A stretch of DNA of 63,447 nt, filler included, from Octopus bimaculoides (taxonomy: Eukaryota), in assembly GCF_001194135.2 (NCBI RefSeq). It is 4 parts of 4 records of this genome, joined end to end, with 100 filler letters (N's around TTAATTAATTAA, not from the genome) between each part and the next. Parts side by side here need not be neighbours in the genome. Positions count along the whole stretch, not along the records: positions 62,076 to 63,447 come from NW_026394921.1; 3 more parts are not named here. The stretch is one strand, 5' to 3'. Positions 62,076-63,447 of the stretch are shown here, piece after piece; within the stretch, counting starts at the first letter, position 1; each line of letters begins with the position of its first letter. The notes below the pieces were generated by a model. It ran no database searches, was not told where the DNA came from, and saw only the letters and a program-made list of their open reading frames with translations. The position numbers and the translations under genes are program-made.

Positions 62076-62415
62076 ATATATATATATACAGCGTTGAATC
62101 CTGGCTATAAACGCCTTATCATCTGCAGTGTGCATATATATGTGTATATAGACAGCGTCTAGTCTTGGCTATAAACGTCTTATCATCTCCAGTGTGTATA
62201 TATATGTGTATATATGTGTGTCTGTGTGTGTGTGTATATATACGTGCATATATATATATACGTGTATATATACGCCTGTATACGCAGAGTTGAGCGTAGA
62301 AGAGGAGACAACGGGCGTTTAGAGCCCGGATTCTATGCTGTCTATAAATATATATATATATATACATGTATATATACACACTGCAGATGATAGGATATTT
62401 ACAGCCAAGACTAGA

Positions 62416-62460
<45 letters not shown>

Positions 62461-62596
62461 TACACGTATATACATATATATACACACACTGCAGATAATA
62501 AGACGTTTATAGCCAAGACTAGACGCTGTCTATATATATATATACACATATATATACACCCAGGATTTTACAGGCGTTTATAGCCAGGATTGAACG

Positions 62597-62661
<65 letters not shown>

Positions 62662-62878
62662 TACACACACATATATATATATACACATAGGACGTTTATG
62701 GTTTGTTTTGCTGTGTATGTATAATCTTAACAATATATATATGTATATATATGTGTATATATATATATAGACAGCGTCTAGTCTTGGTTATAAACGTCTT
62801 ATCATCTCCAGTGTGTATATATATATATATACAATGTTCAATCCTGTCTATAAACGCCTGTTCCGTCCTATATGTAAA

Positions 62879-62917
<39 letters not shown>

Positions 62918-63024
62918 CATCTAGTCTTGGCTATTAACGGCTTATCATCTCCTGTGTGTATATATATGTGTATATACAGCGTTGAATCATGGCTATAAAC
63001 GTCTTATCATCTCCAGTGTGTATA

Positions 63025-63067
<43 letters not shown>

Positions 63068-63197
63068 CGTTGAATCATGGCTATAAACGCCTTATCACCT
63101 CCGGTGTGTATATATATATGTGTATATATATATGTACACAGCATTCAATCCTGGCTATAAATGCCTGTAAAATCCTGGGTGTATATATATATATAGG

Positions 63198-63229
<32 letters not shown>

Positions 63230-63408
63230 GCGTCTAGTCTTGGCTATAAAAGTCTTATCTCCAGCATGTATATATGTGTGTATATATATATACACAGCGT
63301 TGAATCTTGGCTATAAACACCTGTTAAATCCTGGGTGTATATATATGTATATATATATAGACACCGTTCAAACCTGGCTATAAATGCCTGTTAAATCATG
63401 GGTGTATA

Positions 63409-63447
<39 letters not shown>
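62076..63447. repeat. Composite satellite: ~40-bp cores separated by (TA/TG)n, with orientation switches
   Basis: Cores cagcgttgaatc(c/a)tggctataaacg and cagcgtctagtcttggctataaacgtcttatcatctccag. Reverse-complement cores occur at ~62310-62700. Confidence 0.92.

Overview
This is eukaryotic, very AT-rich, gap-riddled draft genome DNA with roughly a sixth to a fifth of the window as N. The microsatellite load and SINE types suggest a cephalopod, probably Octopus; that is an inference from repeat style, not a database hit. No intact protein-coding gene, rRNA, tRNA gene or CRISPR array is supportable, and almost all ORFs in the track are microsatellite or N artefacts. The window is a transposon graveyard. 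It holds at least 4 tRNA-derived SINE families (about 40 copies or fragments) and 3 mariner transposase fossils plus a mariner MITE and a pogo/Tigger-like MITE. It also holds a Ty3/Gypsy RT-RNaseH fragment, CR1-, RTE-, Tx1/L1- and R4/Dong-type LINE fragments, a Helitron helicase fragment, a non-autonomous Helitron with both termini, and two different Penelope-like elements (PLEs). The most interesting signals are: (i) several families of minimal hammerhead-ribozyme motifs, one with an otherwise intact U3-A8 compensated core; (ii) an R4-like LINE lineage repeatedly embedded in (TACA)n; (iii) an inverted-endonuclease/RT PLE junction abutting a second PLE; (iv) a ~300-bp near-loopless palindrome; (v) an orientation-switching composite satellite; and (vi) a speculative phase-compatible exon chain, including a 15-nt microexon, that translates into a C-type-lectin-like skeleton.
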